Position numbers and translations under genes: made by a program | The notes under the pieces: generated by a model | Told to the model about the DNA's origin: nothing | Database searches by the model: none | The model's input: the letters and a program-made list of their open reading frames with translations, nothing else | Assembly: GCA_045580325.1 (NCBI GenBank) | Contig: JAZNNR010000018.1 | Location: 33,931-97,930, forward strand | Direction of reading: 5' to 3' | DNA: 64,000 bases | DNA from: Eubacteriales bacterium | GTDB taxonomy: Bacteria; Bacillota; Clostridia; Oscillospirales; CAG-272 | In this document: one piece after another, positions 1 through 9,126 of the stretch | Layout: each line of letters opens with the position of its first letter | How positions within the stretch are numbered: the stretch's first letter is position 1

Positions 1-1
1 T

Positions 2-79
2 GTATGGCTTGCCGAAAAGGAATTTGATGCGATCAGAGACACAGAAGAATTTAAAGCAATTTTGAAACAATTAAAATGA
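2..79 (+). CDS. C-terminal fragment of a CDS entering from upstream of the window; product not assignable
   Basis: The frame is open from the window edge and reads VWLAEKEFDAIRDTEEFKAILKQLK, then TGA at 77-79. Only about 25 codons are visible. Confidence 0.3.
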   Translation, partial: VWLAEKEFDAIRDTEEFKAILKQLK

Positions 80-149
80 TTTATCGTGCATTGCGGGGGT
101 TTTACATTTGTGTCCACAAATGCAGTGCTTGTCAGAAAAAACAAACGGA

Positions 150-292
150 TTTTCAGGAAGCACTAATCCAAGGCTCTCCTTTTGGGAGAGCTCCCGCGAT
201 AGCGGGTGAGAGGGTGTGAATATTACCCTCTCCGTCAGCCTTCGGCTGCCACCTCTCCCATAGGGCGAGGCTTTCCGTCGGTTTATATGCAA
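150..292. repeat. GC-rich multi-hairpin intergenic element (stack of short palindromes)
   Basis: Read directly: CTCTCC-tttt-GGGAGAG, CCCGC-gata-GCGGG, GAGAGGGT-gtgaatatt-ACCCTCTC, CAGCC-ttc-GGCTG. The ORFs called across it (71..292 and 153..338, minus) are Arg/Gly/Pro-rich junk. Confidence 0.5.
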
Positions 293-294
293 AA

Positions 295-320
295 ACCTCG
301 CCTTTTAGGCGAGGTTTTTT
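295..320. terminator. Bidirectional intrinsic terminator
   Basis: ACCTCGCC-tttta-GGCGAGGT is flanked by an A-run on the left and a T-run on the right. Confidence 0.6.
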
Positions 321-376
321 AATCATTTGCGTAAGCAAATGTTCTTATTAAGACTTCGACTTCATTCGTAGGGCGC

Positions 377-404
377 AAAAACAGCACCCGAGAGGGTGCT
401 GTTT
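377..404 (-). terminator. Second terminator hairpin downstream of PFOR
   Basis: ACAGCACCC-gaga-GGGTGCTGT; on the minus strand it is followed by TTTTT. Confidence 0.55.
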
Positions 405-410
405 CTTGCT

Positions 411-436
411 AAAAGACGCTATGCGTCTTTTTTTAT
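411..436 (-). terminator. Intrinsic terminator immediately after the PFOR stop codon
   Basis: AGACGC-tatg-GCGTCT with A/T runs on both sides; it abuts the stop codon at 433-435. Confidence 0.6.
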
Positions 437-3400
437 TCGTAAAGTTTGCCGATTCTGGTAAGTCTGTCGTACTTAGCCTTTGCATTAGCTTCAGCCTGTG
501 CGAAGAGCTTTTCTGCTCTTTCGGGGAATGCCTGTGCAAGACGTGTATAACGAGCTTCACCTGTGATGAATTCCTTATAATCAGCTGTGGGCTCCTTGCT
601 GTCGAGAACGAACTTGGTCTCTGCTGCAGGATTGTATCTGAACATGTGCCAGTAGCCTGCGTCAACAGCCTTCTTCATTTCAGCCTGGCAGTTAGCCATA
701 CCGCCCTTGATCGAGTGCATTTCACAAGGAGCGTAACCGATGATGAGCGAAGGTCCGGGATATGCTTCAGCTTCTGCAAGTGCCTTGAGTGTCTGGTTCA
801 TATCAGCACCCATAGCGATCTGTGCTACGTAAACGTATCCGTAAGACATTGCGATCTCTGCGAGGTTCTTCTTGCCGATCGCCTTACCTGCTGCTGCAAA
901 CTGAGCAACCTGTCCGATCTGAGAAGCCTTGGAAGCCTGTCCGCCTGTGTTGGAGTAAACCTCGGTATCGAATACCATTACGTTTACGTCTTCGCCAGAT
1001 GCGAGTACGTGGTCAAGACCGCCGAAGCCGATATCGTATGCCCATCCGTCTCCACCGAAGATCCAAACTGCCTTCTTGGAGAGGTACTGCTTTTCAGCGA
1101 GGATCTTGGGAGCAACGGGGCATCCTTCTGCTGCTGCCTTTTCGAGTTCTGCAACGAGTGCCTTAGCTGCTGCCTGATTTTCAGAGCCGTTATTCTTAGT
1201 AGCGAGGAACTTCTCTGCTGCTGCCTTGAACTCGTCAGAAGCCTTATCGGATGCTGCCATTTCTTCTACCATGCCGATGAGCTTTTCGCGGATGGTCTTC
1301 TGACCGATATACATACCGAGACCGTGCTCAGCGTTATCCTCGAAGAGCGAGTTAGCCCATGCTACACCGTAGCCCGATTCCTTGTTTACTGTGTAAGGAG
1401 TTGCGGGAGCAGATCCACCCCAGATGGAAGAACATCCTGTAGCGTTAGAAACGTACATTCTTTCACCGAAGAGCTGTGTGATAAGACGAGCGTAAGAGGT
1501 TTCTGCACAACCTGCGCAAGATCCCGAGTACTCGAGAAGGGGCTGCTTGAACTGCGATCCCTTAACGGTAACGTTGATGAGTTCTTTCTTTTCTGCGACC
1601 TTTGCAACTGCGTAGTCGTAAGCTTCCTGCTGATCGAGCTGAGTAGCGATAGGCTTCATTTCGATAGCTGTGCCGAGCTTTTCGTTCTTGTTTACAGGGC
1701 AAGCCTTAACGCAGAGAGTACATCCCATACAGTCAAGAGGGCTTACTGCCATTGTAAACTTATAGGTTGTCTTAATAACGGGCTTAGCTGCGAACTTTGT
1801 AACTGCGGGTGCTGCTGCTGCCTCTTCTTCTGTCATAGCGAAAGGACGGATACAAGCGTGAGGACATACAAATGCACAGTTGTTACACTGGATACAGTGT
1901 TCGGGGTTCCACTGAGGAACGGAAACTGCAACGCCGCGCTTTTCGTATGCTGCGGAGCCCTGAGGGAATGTACCGTCAGCGTACTTAGCGAATGTTGCAA
2001 CGCTGAGCGAGTCGCCCTGCATCTTACCAACGGGAACAACGATGTCGTTAACGAATTCAACGAGCTCGTCTCTTGTTCCTGTTGCCTTATTGGAAGGAGC
2101 TGTTTCGCCTGCGTTTGCCCAAGAAGCAGGAACGTCAACCTTGGTAAGAGCGTCCTTACCGGCGTCGATAGCTGCATAGTTGAGGTCAACGATAGCCTGT
2201 CCCTTCTTGATGTAGGACTTATATGCTGCCTTCTTCATATACTCGATAGCTTCGTCGATAGGAAGGATCTTTGCGAGTGCGAAGAATGCAGACTGAAGAA
2301 CTGTGTTCTTAACCTTTGCGTTACCGAGGTCGATGGCGATCTTGGTAGCATTGATTGTGTAGAATTCGATATTGTTTTTAGCGATGTATGTCTTAACCGA
2401 TGCAGGAAGGTTAGCGTCAAGCTCTTCTGCGTTCCAAGGGCAGTCGAGAAGGAATCTACCGCCGGGTTTAACGTCGCTGATCATATCGTACTTCTTGAGG
2501 TACGCATTGTTGTGGCAAGCTACGAAGTCTGCCTTATTGATGTAGTAGGAAGACTTGATGGGGCTATCACCGAAACGGAGGTGAGAAATTGTAATACCCG
2601 ATGTCTTCTTGGAATCATACTGGAAGTATGCCTGAATGTATTTATCGGTATGGTCGCCGATGATCTTGATAGAGTTCTTGTTTGCACCAACTGTACCGTC
2701 GCCGCCGAGACCCCAGAACTTGCACTGGATCATATCAACGGGGGCGGTGTTAGGAGCAGCTACCTCAGTAAGAGAGTGTCCTGTGAGGTCGTCTACGATA
2801 CCGATAGTGAAGTGGTTCTTCTGCTCGCCTGCCATATTAGCGTAAACTGCGAAAATGGAAGCGGGTGTTGTATCCTTAGAACCAAGGCCGTATCTACCGC
2901 CGAGAACCTTAACGCTTCTGCCGCATTCGTTAAGACCAGCAACTACGTCGAGATAGAGAGGTTCGCCGAGAGAGCCGGGTTCCTTTGTTCTGTCAAGAAC
3001 AGAAACGACCTTTGCGCTTGCGGGGATAGCTTCTGCGAGCTTTTCAGCTACGAAGGGTCTGTAAAGTCTTACCTTAACAAGACCAACCTTTTCGCCCTTA
3101 GCTGTGAGGTAGTCAACAACCTCTTCTGCAACGTCGCAAACAGAGCCCATAGCGATGATAACGCGCTCTGCATCGGGTGCACCGTAGTAGTTGAAGAGCT
3201 TGTAGTTTGTACCGAGCTTTTCGTTAACCTTGTCCATATATTCCTCTACGATTGCGGGAAGTGCATCGTAGTAGGGGTTGCAGGACTCTCTGTGCTGGAA
3301 GAAGATGTCGCCGTTTTCAGCAGATCCGCGAAGTACGGGAGCTGTTTCGGGGTTGAGAGATCTGTTACGGAATGCTGCAACTGCGTCCCAGTCAAGCATC

Positions 3401-4002
3401 TCTGCGAGGTCTTTATAATCCCAAGCGGCAACCTTTGTGATCTCGTGAGATGTACGGAAGCCGTCGAAGAAGTTGAGGAAAGGAACCCTTCCCTTGATTG
3501 TAGCAAGGTGTGCAACTGCACCAAGGTCCATAACTTCCTGACCGTTGGACTCAGCCATCATAGCAAAGCCTGTCTGACGGCAAGCATATACGTCGGAATG
3601 GTCTCCGAAAATGTTAAGAGCGTGGGAAGCAACGCATCTTGCGGAAACGTGAATTACGCAAGGAAGAAGCTCACCTGCGATCTTATACATATTGGGGATC
3701 ATAAGGAGAAGACCCTGAGATGCGGTGTATGTAGTGGTGAATGCGCCTGCTGCGAGTGAGCCGTGAACTGTACCTGCAGCACCTGCCTCGGACTGCATTT
3801 CTACAACCTTAACGTTTGTGCCGAACACGTTCTTTGCGGGTTCGCCAAAAATGTTCTTGTTGGATGCCGACCAAGTGTCAGTAACTTCAGCCATATTGGA
3901 TGAAGGGGTGATAGGATAGATACCTGCTACCTCGGTGAACGCGTAAGAAACGTGCGCCGCGGCGGTATTACCGTCCATCGATACTTTTCTTCTGTTTATC
4001 AC
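433..4002 (-). CDS. nifJ: Pyruvate:ferredoxin (flavodoxin) oxidoreductase, single-polypeptide PFOR
   Basis: 1189 aa. N-terminal GIYPITPSS, two 4Fe-4S ferredoxin motifs (CIQCNNCAFVCPHACIRP and CMGCTLCVKACP) and a TPP-binding GGDGWAYDIGFGGLDHV. GTG start lies 9 nt after GGAGG. Confidence 0.95.
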   Translation of the reverse strand: MINRRKVSMDGNTAAAHVSYAFTEVAGIYPITPSSNMAEVTDTWSASNKNIFGEPAKNVFGTNVKVVEMQSEAGAAGTVHGSLAAGAFTTTYTASQGLLLMIPNMYKIAGELLPCVIHVSARCVASHALNIFGDHSDVYACRQTGFAMMAESNGQEVMDLGAVAHLATIKGRVPFLNFFDGFRTSHEITKVAAWDYKDLAEMLDWDAVAAFRNRSLNPETAPVLRGSAENGDIFFQHRESCNPYYDALPAIVEEYMDKVNEKLGTNYKLFNYYGAPDAERVIIAMGSVCDVAEEVVDYLTAKGEKVGLVKVRLYRPFVAEKLAEAIPASAKVVSVLDRTKEPGSLGEPLYLDVVAGLNECGRSVKVLGGRYGLGSKDTTPASIFAVYANMAGEQKNHFTIGIVDDLTGHSLTEVAAPNTAPVDMIQCKFWGLGGDGTVGANKNSIKIIGDHTDKYIQAYFQYDSKKTSGITISHLRFGDSPIKSSYYINKADFVACHNNAYLKKYDMISDVKPGGRFLLDCPWNAEELDANLPASVKTYIAKNNIEFYTINATKIAIDLGNAKVKNTVLQSAFFALAKILPIDEAIEYMKKAAYKSYIKKGQAIVDLNYAAIDAGKDALTKVDVPASWANAGETAPSNKATGTRDELVEFVNDIVVPVGKMQGDSLSVATFAKYADGTFPQGSAAYEKRGVAVSVPQWNPEHCIQCNNCAFVCPHACIRPFAMTEEEAAAAPAVTKFAAKPVIKTTYKFTMAVSPLDCMGCTLCVKACPVNKNEKLGTAIEMKPIATQLDQQEAYDYAVAKVAEKKELINVTVKGSQFKQPLLEYSGSCAGCAETSYARLITQLFGERMYVSNATGCSSIWGGSAPATPYTVNKESGYGVAWANSLFEDNAEHGLGMYIGQKTIREKLIGMVEEMAASDKASDEFKAAAEKFLATKNNGSENQAAAKALVAELEKAAAEGCPVAPKILAEKQYLSKKAVWIFGGDGWAYDIGFGGLDHVLASGEDVNVMVFDTEVYSNTGGQASKASQIGQVAQFAAAGKAIGKKNLAEIAMSYGYVYVAQIAMGADMNQTLKALAEAEAYPGPSLIIGYAPCEMHSIKGGMANCQAEMKKAVDAGYWHMFRYNPAAETKFVLDSKEPTADYKEFITGEARYTRLAQAFPERAEKLFAQAEANAKAKYDRLTRIGKLYE

Positions 4003-4221
4003 TTTGTGATACCTCCGAATAAATTATTTTTTTCATACGCTATTATTTTACCACCTTATTATCGAAATGTAAAGACCTTTTGATAAAGTTTTGTCAATTT
4101 TCTTTGTGAATTATTGATAAATTTTTTGTAAATTATAATTTTTATGGTAAAAAACGATTGTCAAACTAAAAAAAAATGTTAAAATTAAGATAAAACACTT
4201 TTTATGAAGGGATCTATACGT

Positions 4222-4467
4222 ATGCTTACTCTTGAAGCTAACAAAGAATTCACCGACACCCTGACTTCGACAACCGATAAAACAGCACAGCCTGTCAGCA
4301 AGAGTCTTAAGGATATATACTCGTCCTTTGCCAGTGTCAGCGTTTCCGAGCTTGAAAACGCTATCGTCGCAGCAACGGACAGAGATGAAAAGGTTCTTTA
4401 CAGAACTCTTCTCAACCTTAAGCTTCAGCTTGATCAGGAAAAGATAATCAATCAGACACTTCTTTGA
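4222..4467 (+). CDS. Small hypothetical protein (81 aa), candidate antitoxin-like partner of the downstream P-loop kinase
   Basis: The ORF track gives 4204..4467. The internal ATG at 4222 has a GAAGGGA Shine-Dalgarno 9 nt upstream, and the gene sits 48 nt upstream of the zeta-like gene. I recognise no motif in it. Confidence 0.5.
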   Translation: MLTLEANKEFTDTLTSTTDKTAQPVSKSLKDIYSSFASVSVSELENAIVAATDRDEKVLYRTLLNLKLQLDQEKIINQTLL

Positions 4468-4515
4468 TTTCATCACTTCAAATCACAGAAACGACCGGAG
4501 AGGAGGCGACAACGT

Positions 4516-5118
4516 ATGACAGCAAATGAGAACAAACCGAATTATATTATATTTGCCGGAATAAACGGTGCGGGCAAAACCGCTCTTTACAACGTTCTTT
4601 CTCCGCATACCGATCTCGGCACGCGCGTAAGCGTTGACGATATCGCCGCATCGCTCGGGGATTGGCGGGACACGCTCGTCCAGCTCAAAGCCGCAAGAAG
4701 CGCTATGAACCTTCTTGCCGACCTTATTGAAAAAAGAGTTTCGATAAATCAGGAAACTACTCTTCCCGGCGAAGCTATCGTGCGCTTTGCAAAGCAGGCG
4801 CGTGAGGCGGGATATTTTATCACCCTTTATTTCGTCGGCATAGAGAACGTCGAAATGGCTATTGAGCGAGTCAAGGAGCGCGTTGCAAAGGGCGGACACG
4901 GCATTGAAGAAGCAGTCATACGCAAACGATTTGCCGCGCTGGCGGGAAATCTTGCACGCCTTGTTCCCTACTGCGACGTTGTTTACCTTTACGACAATTC
5001 AAGACGTTTCAGACAGGTTGCCGTTATGAAGGGCGGAGTGATGGTCGACATCGACCCCGATATGCCTCTCTGGCTCAGACTTGTTCCGGGTGCGCCCGAA
5101 TATACCGGTGCTGTATAG
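4516..5118 (+). CDS. Zeta-toxin-like / COG4185-type P-loop kinase (AAA family ATPase)
   Basis: 200 aa with an N-terminal Walker A (IIFAGINGAGKTALY) and a strong RBS (GAGAGGAGG). Size and layout are typical of the zeta toxin domain. Confidence 0.7.
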   Translation: MTANENKPNYIIFAGINGAGKTALYNVLSPHTDLGTRVSVDDIAASLGDWRDTLVQLKAARSAMNLLADLIEKRVSINQETTLPGEAIVRFAKQAREAGYFITLYFVGIENVEMAIERVKERVAKGGHGIEEAVIRKRFAALAGNLARLVPYCDVVYLYDNSRRFRQVAVMKGGVMVDIDPDMPLWLRLVPGAPEYTGAV

Positions 5119-5176
5119 TAAAAACATATCTGCTAAAATTTGCAAATCATTTTAAAACAACGGAGTACTTATATAA

Positions 5177-6601
5177 ATGTCAAATAGCAGCAAGTACAAA
5201 AGGCTGATAAGCAACACGGCGATGATCGCCGTCGGCAGCTTCGGCTCGAAAATTCTGAAATATCTTCTCGTAAGATTTTATACAGAGCTTCTTTCTGCCG
5301 AAGAGTACGGTCTTGCCGAAAACCTGACCGAAATGGCAATTCTTTTGATTCCCGTAATATCGCTCGGCATAGCCGACGCCGTTCACAGATTCCTGATGGA
5401 CAAGAGCTATTCCCCCAAGGACGTATTTTCCTCGGGTATTGCGGCTTGGCTTATGGGCTCGCTTATCCTTGCCATAGTAATACCTATACTTTCCTCGATA
5501 AATTACTTCCACGACCACGTGTGGCTTATTTTACTCTACATTTCGGCTTCCATATTCCATTCGCTCTGCTCGCAGTTCGCAATATCGCTTAACAAATTCG
5601 GGCTCGGAGCTGTCGCGGGTATAGCCAACACGCTGACTATGCTTCTGTGCAACATTCTCTTCCTGCTTCCGCTCGGTATGGGCGTTACGGGATACGTCCT
5701 TTCTGTCATCGTTGCAGACGTAGTTGCCGCGCTTATTCTCATTTTCGCGCTGAAGCTCTGGAGATACGTTGACTTTACCGCGGTGCAAAAGGAAACTCTT
5801 AAAAAGATGCTCCGCTTCAGTATTCCGCTTATTCCGACCGCGGTTTTCTGGTGGATAATAAATGTTTCCGACAAATTTATGGTAACTGCATTTATCAGCG
5901 AAGCGGCAAACGGTATCTATTCTGCGGCATATAAGATCCCCTCGCTAATTATGTTCGTAAGCGGAATCTTCCTCGCTGCTTGGAAGAACTCGGCTATAAA
6001 CGAATTCGGAAACGAGGAAACGGGAAAATTCTATTCAACAGTCTTTAAAACGTCGTCGGGAATGTACTTTATGGTATCCTCGGTGCTTATCGCAGGAACG
6101 CCTATTCTCGTAAGACTTCTCTTCTCCGACGAATATCAGTCGGCTTGGGTATATGTCCCGATTCTGACCGCAGCTATGGTATTTTATAACTGCTCGTCCT
6201 TCTTTGGAAGTATATACACGGTCGTTAAAAAATCGACCTATTCGCTCTACACCTCGCTTATCGGCGCTATACTGAACGTAGCGCTGAATTATTTCCTGCT
6301 CGTAAATTACAAAGACGCTTACGGCGCGGCAGTTGCAACTCTCGTTTGCTATATTGCCGTATTCGTTATTCGCGCCATAAGCGTCCGTAAATTCATTAAC
6401 TTTGACATTTCGCCCGTAAAGACCACTCTGAACTCTGTCCTTATTATCGCACAGGTCGCTCTGGTAACACTTCGACCGAGGTTCTGGTTTATAGGCGGCA
6501 TACTCTTTGCGCTTGTCATAATTGCGCTCAACGTAAAGCCCTTTATTATACTTGCGCTGAACATTCTTAAAAAGCTGAAAAATCGCCGCAAAGCTGTCTG
6601 A
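5177..6601 (+). CDS. MOP-superfamily polysaccharide/oligosaccharide flippase (Wzx/SpoVB/MurJ-like)
   Basis: 474 aa with about 12-14 hydrophobic segments. The N-terminus (SNTAMIAVGSFGSKILKYLLVRFYT) is typical of the polysaccharide biosynthesis protein family. Confidence 0.75.
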   Translation: MSNSSKYKRLISNTAMIAVGSFGSKILKYLLVRFYTELLSAEEYGLAENLTEMAILLIPVISLGIADAVHRFLMDKSYSPKDVFSSGIAAWLMGSLILAIVIPILSSINYFHDHVWLILLYISASIFHSLCSQFAISLNKFGLGAVAGIANTLTMLLCNILFLLPLGMGVTGYVLSVIVADVVAALILIFALKLWRYVDFTAVQKETLKKMLRFSIPLIPTAVFWWIINVSDKFMVTAFISEAANGIYSAAYKIPSLIMFVSGIFLAAWKNSAINEFGNEETGKFYSTVFKTSSGMYFMVSSVLIAGTPILVRLLFSDEYQSAWVYVPILTAAMVFYNCSSFFGSIYTVVKKSTYSLYTSLIGAILNVALNYFLLVNYKDAYGAAVATLVCYIAVFVIRAISVRKFINFDISPVKTTLNSVLIIAQVALVTLRPRFWFIGGILFALVIIALNVKPFIILALNILKKLKNRRKAV

Positions 6602-6620
6602 TATACTAAGACAGGGGTGT

Positions 6621-7148
6621 TTACGCCCCTATCATAAGTATCAGTCCGAGGATAAGCATAATATCGTCGTCGTATTCTCCCGAGCTTCCGAGCATAAGGA
6701 GCCCTGTGAGCACCATATCCTCGAAGGTCATTTTTCGTACCGACGCCACGACGTCGCCCGTTTTATCGGCGATTTTTGTGCCCTCTGAAACGTCGCTGAA
6801 AGCATCTGTGCTTTCCTCTTTTATCTCTATAGCCTCATCGCGCTCTGCATCTGCCCTTCCGTCATTTTCAAGATCCGGAACTTCGGGAGTGGGTGGAGCT
6901 TTATCGGGATATACCGATACCTGCGACAGCGCCTCGGGCAAAAAGTCCTTTGGGTCGGGATACACTATAATCTCGCCCTCTCTATCCTCTGTAACAGGAA
7001 TGTCAAGAGCCATTATTGCTCGGGTCTCCGCCACAGTAGGCTCTGCCCTTGTCTTTATCGGCTCTGTTTTTTCAAGGGCTGTGTGAGGCGTAGGTGCAGG
7101 TCTGCTTCTTTGCGTGCGGTCGCCGCCGTAAAATCTTCTGCTATACAC
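6621..7148 (-). CDS. Hypothetical protein, acidic/Pro-rich with a C-terminal hydrophobic segment
   Basis: 175 aa. GTG start 7 nt after GGGAGGG; it begins 15 nt after the stop of the upstream gene. No motif recognised. Confidence 0.55.
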   Translation of the reverse strand: MYSRRFYGGDRTQRSRPAPTPHTALEKTEPIKTRAEPTVAETRAIMALDIPVTEDREGEIIVYPDPKDFLPEALSQVSVYPDKAPPTPEVPDLENDGRADAERDEAIEIKEESTDAFSDVSEGTKIADKTGDVVASVRKMTFEDMVLTGLLMLGSSGEYDDDIMLILGLILMIGA

Positions 7149-7163
7149 TAATGCACCCTCCCA

Positions 7164-7616
7164 TCACCTTTTAGAGTAAAGTCCGCCCGCCGCATCGGCA
7201 AGACCGATGATCTTTATCACGACGTCGAGCTTATCTCTTTTTTCATCGCTTAGGAAGGGACGCATAGCTTCAAGAAGCCTTATTCTGTCGCATGATTTTA
7301 TTTTTCGGTAAGAATGTCCGTGATTTTCGTGGTTTTCGCGATTTTTAGGTATATTTGATTCAAGCGGATTTGAGGCTGTATTTTTGACCTCGTATTTATT
7401 ACTGCTCTCGTTTACAGTATTACTTGTTTCCTGAAAAGCCTGCTGCTTGGGTTCTGAACTGTTATCGCTGTTATCTCCTATCCCAAGACCGCCGAGCAGT
7501 CCCGATGAGGAAAGCGTTCCCGCAAGGCTCATAACCTTTCCGAGAGCCTCGGGATCCTCGAGCATTTTGGCTATCACAGAGCCCATATCTCCCATATTAC
7601 TGATATTACCGTTCAT
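7164..7616 (-). CDS. Hypothetical protein, Ser/Asn/Gly-rich low complexity with a conserved-looking C-terminal helix
   Basis: 150 aa. The C-terminus reads RLLEAMRPFLSDEKRDKLDVVIKIIGLADAAG. It is the middle gene of a three-gene minus-strand operon. Confidence 0.55.
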   Translation of the reverse strand: MNGNISNMGDMGSVIAKMLEDPEALGKVMSLAGTLSSSGLLGGLGIGDNSDNSSEPKQQAFQETSNTVNESSNKYEVKNTASNPLESNIPKNRENHENHGHSYRKIKSCDRIRLLEAMRPFLSDEKRDKLDVVIKIIGLADAAGGLYSKR

Positions 7617-7645
7617 TTGATATGACCATACCTTTCAAGTTTATG

Positions 7646-7930
7646 TTATGTCGGTGTGCTATTGTCTGTGCCGTCGGGTGAAAGACCAAGCAGTTCGTTT
7701 GTCTTTTCACTGCCGAGCCGCGCGGCAAGTTTTTTTATGTCAGAATCGCTCGCGCGGGCTATCATAGCTCTGAGTGCCTCGCTGTTTGCGCTTAGAGCCG
7801 CAACCTGTGCTCTATTCATACCCATAGCACTAAGCGCAGAGGATATGACCTCGGCAAAGCTCTCCTTATCAAGATTGGCGAGCGCTCTTATCTTATCCGC
7901 GTCCTCGGCTGACATTTCGTATTTTTTCAT
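7646..7930 (-). CDS. Hypothetical small helical protein
   Basis: 94 aa with a strong RBS (AAAGGAGGG) 5 nt upstream of the ATG. It is the first gene of the 7930..6621 operon. Confidence 0.6.
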   Translation of the reverse strand: MKKYEMSAEDADKIRALANLDKESFAEVISSALSAMGMNRAQVAALSANSEALRAMIARASDSDIKKLAARLGSEKTNELLGLSPDGTDNSTPT

Positions 7931-8036
7931 AAATTCCCTCCTTTAGCGATTTATCTCACGCTTCAAGGTCAGTATATGCGCTTTTTTCGCGTTTGCCATA
8001 AAACTCACCAAAGCGCCATTCTTTTGGAGAATAAAT

Positions 8037-8579
8037 ATGATAACTGCTTCAAACACAGAAAGAAAGCTGATAGCTCTTTCCGATTCGCACGGAAATACAA
8101 GAAATCTTACAAAGATCTTTGAGATGCACCGCGACGCAGATGCTTTTATCCATCTCGGCGACGGAGCATACGAATTTTCAAGGCTGTGCAAGCTGTTCGG
8201 AGTTATCGGATACTCTGTTCTCGGCAACTGCGACCGCAGATTTATTTGCAGCGACGCGCAAGATCCTTATGCGGTAGCCTATTTTGCAAATTACAGATTT
8301 TTTATGACTCACGGACACCTTTACGGCGTGAAATCGGGGAGAGAAAATCTCATCGCACACGCAAGAAAGGCTCTTCCCGACGTTGATTTTGTACTTTACG
8401 GACACACGCACCTTCCCGAAAACAGATACATTCCCGCCGAAAGTGAGGGCGAAAAGCCGATATATCTTATAAATCCGGGCAGTATCTCTCAGCCTCGGCA
8501 GTCGCGCACTCCAACCTATGCGCTGATTCTGATAAAAGATAAAAATATCATTACAAATATTGCAGAGTTAAACGTTTGA
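8037..8579 (+). CDS. YfcE/MJ0936-family metallophosphoesterase (phosphodiesterase)
   Basis: 180 aa with the motif series SDSHGN ... HLGD ... GNCD ... THGH ... GHTH. Confidence 0.85.
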   Translation: MITASNTERKLIALSDSHGNTRNLTKIFEMHRDADAFIHLGDGAYEFSRLCKLFGVIGYSVLGNCDRRFICSDAQDPYAVAYFANYRFFMTHGHLYGVKSGRENLIAHARKALPDVDFVLYGHTHLPENRYIPAESEGEKPIYLINPGSISQPRQSRTPTYALILIKDKNIITNIAELNV

Positions 8580-8592
8580 AAGGACTTAAGAA

Positions 8593-9123
8593 ATGTTAAG
8601 CTATAAACCGAAAAGATATATGAAAAACGCGATCATTGCCGAAGCTGTCCTCTTTTTCGTGCTTATCGCGCTTGCCGTTATCGCGGCGCTTGACCTTGAT
8701 TACAGGGTATTAAGCCAAGGTCTTGTTTTCGTCGTTGCCGCAGGCATTCTTTACATAGCTATGAGATATATGCTCGCTCAGTACACCTACACGATTTCGA
8801 AAGACAGCTTTGAGGTCAGCCGTCTTTTAGGAAAAGTTCCGAACGTTCTTATTCTCGCCGAGATAAGCGAAAACGACAGTCTTGTGAGGATTTCGGGCAG
8901 AAAAGATCTCAAAAAATACGGAGTAACGAAAACAGAAAACGTCTGTGCCAACCTCGCTCCGCACGGACTTTATGCCTATATTTCGGTGTCGGAGGGCAAA
9001 AAGACGGCAATTCTTATCGAATGCGACGAGCTTTTTGCGCTTGCGGTCAGCGAAAGGATAAATATGAAAAAGCTTGCAAAAAAGAGCGAGAAACAGGAAG
9101 AAAACAGAGAAACGGAGGACTAA
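8593..9123 (+). CDS. Hypothetical membrane protein (two N-terminal TM helices)
   Basis: 176 aa. RBS GAAAGGA; two hydrophobic segments are followed by a soluble domain and a Lys/Glu-rich tail. Confidence 0.6.
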   Translation: MLSYKPKRYMKNAIIAEAVLFFVLIALAVIAALDLDYRVLSQGLVFVVAAGILYIAMRYMLAQYTYTISKDSFEVSRLLGKVPNVLILAEISENDSLVRISGRKDLKKYGVTKTENVCANLAPHGLYAYISVSEGKKTAILIECDELFALAVSERINMKKLAKKSEKQEENRETED

Positions 9124-9126
9124 GTT

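Noticed and set aside
406-3759. An 1117-aa ORF on the plus strand, opposite PFOR
   Set aside because: The product is Cys/Leu/Val/Ser-rich low complexity with no motifs, and the ORF lies entirely antisense to a gene with unmistakable PFOR motifs. It is a shadow ORF created by the codon usage of the real gene.
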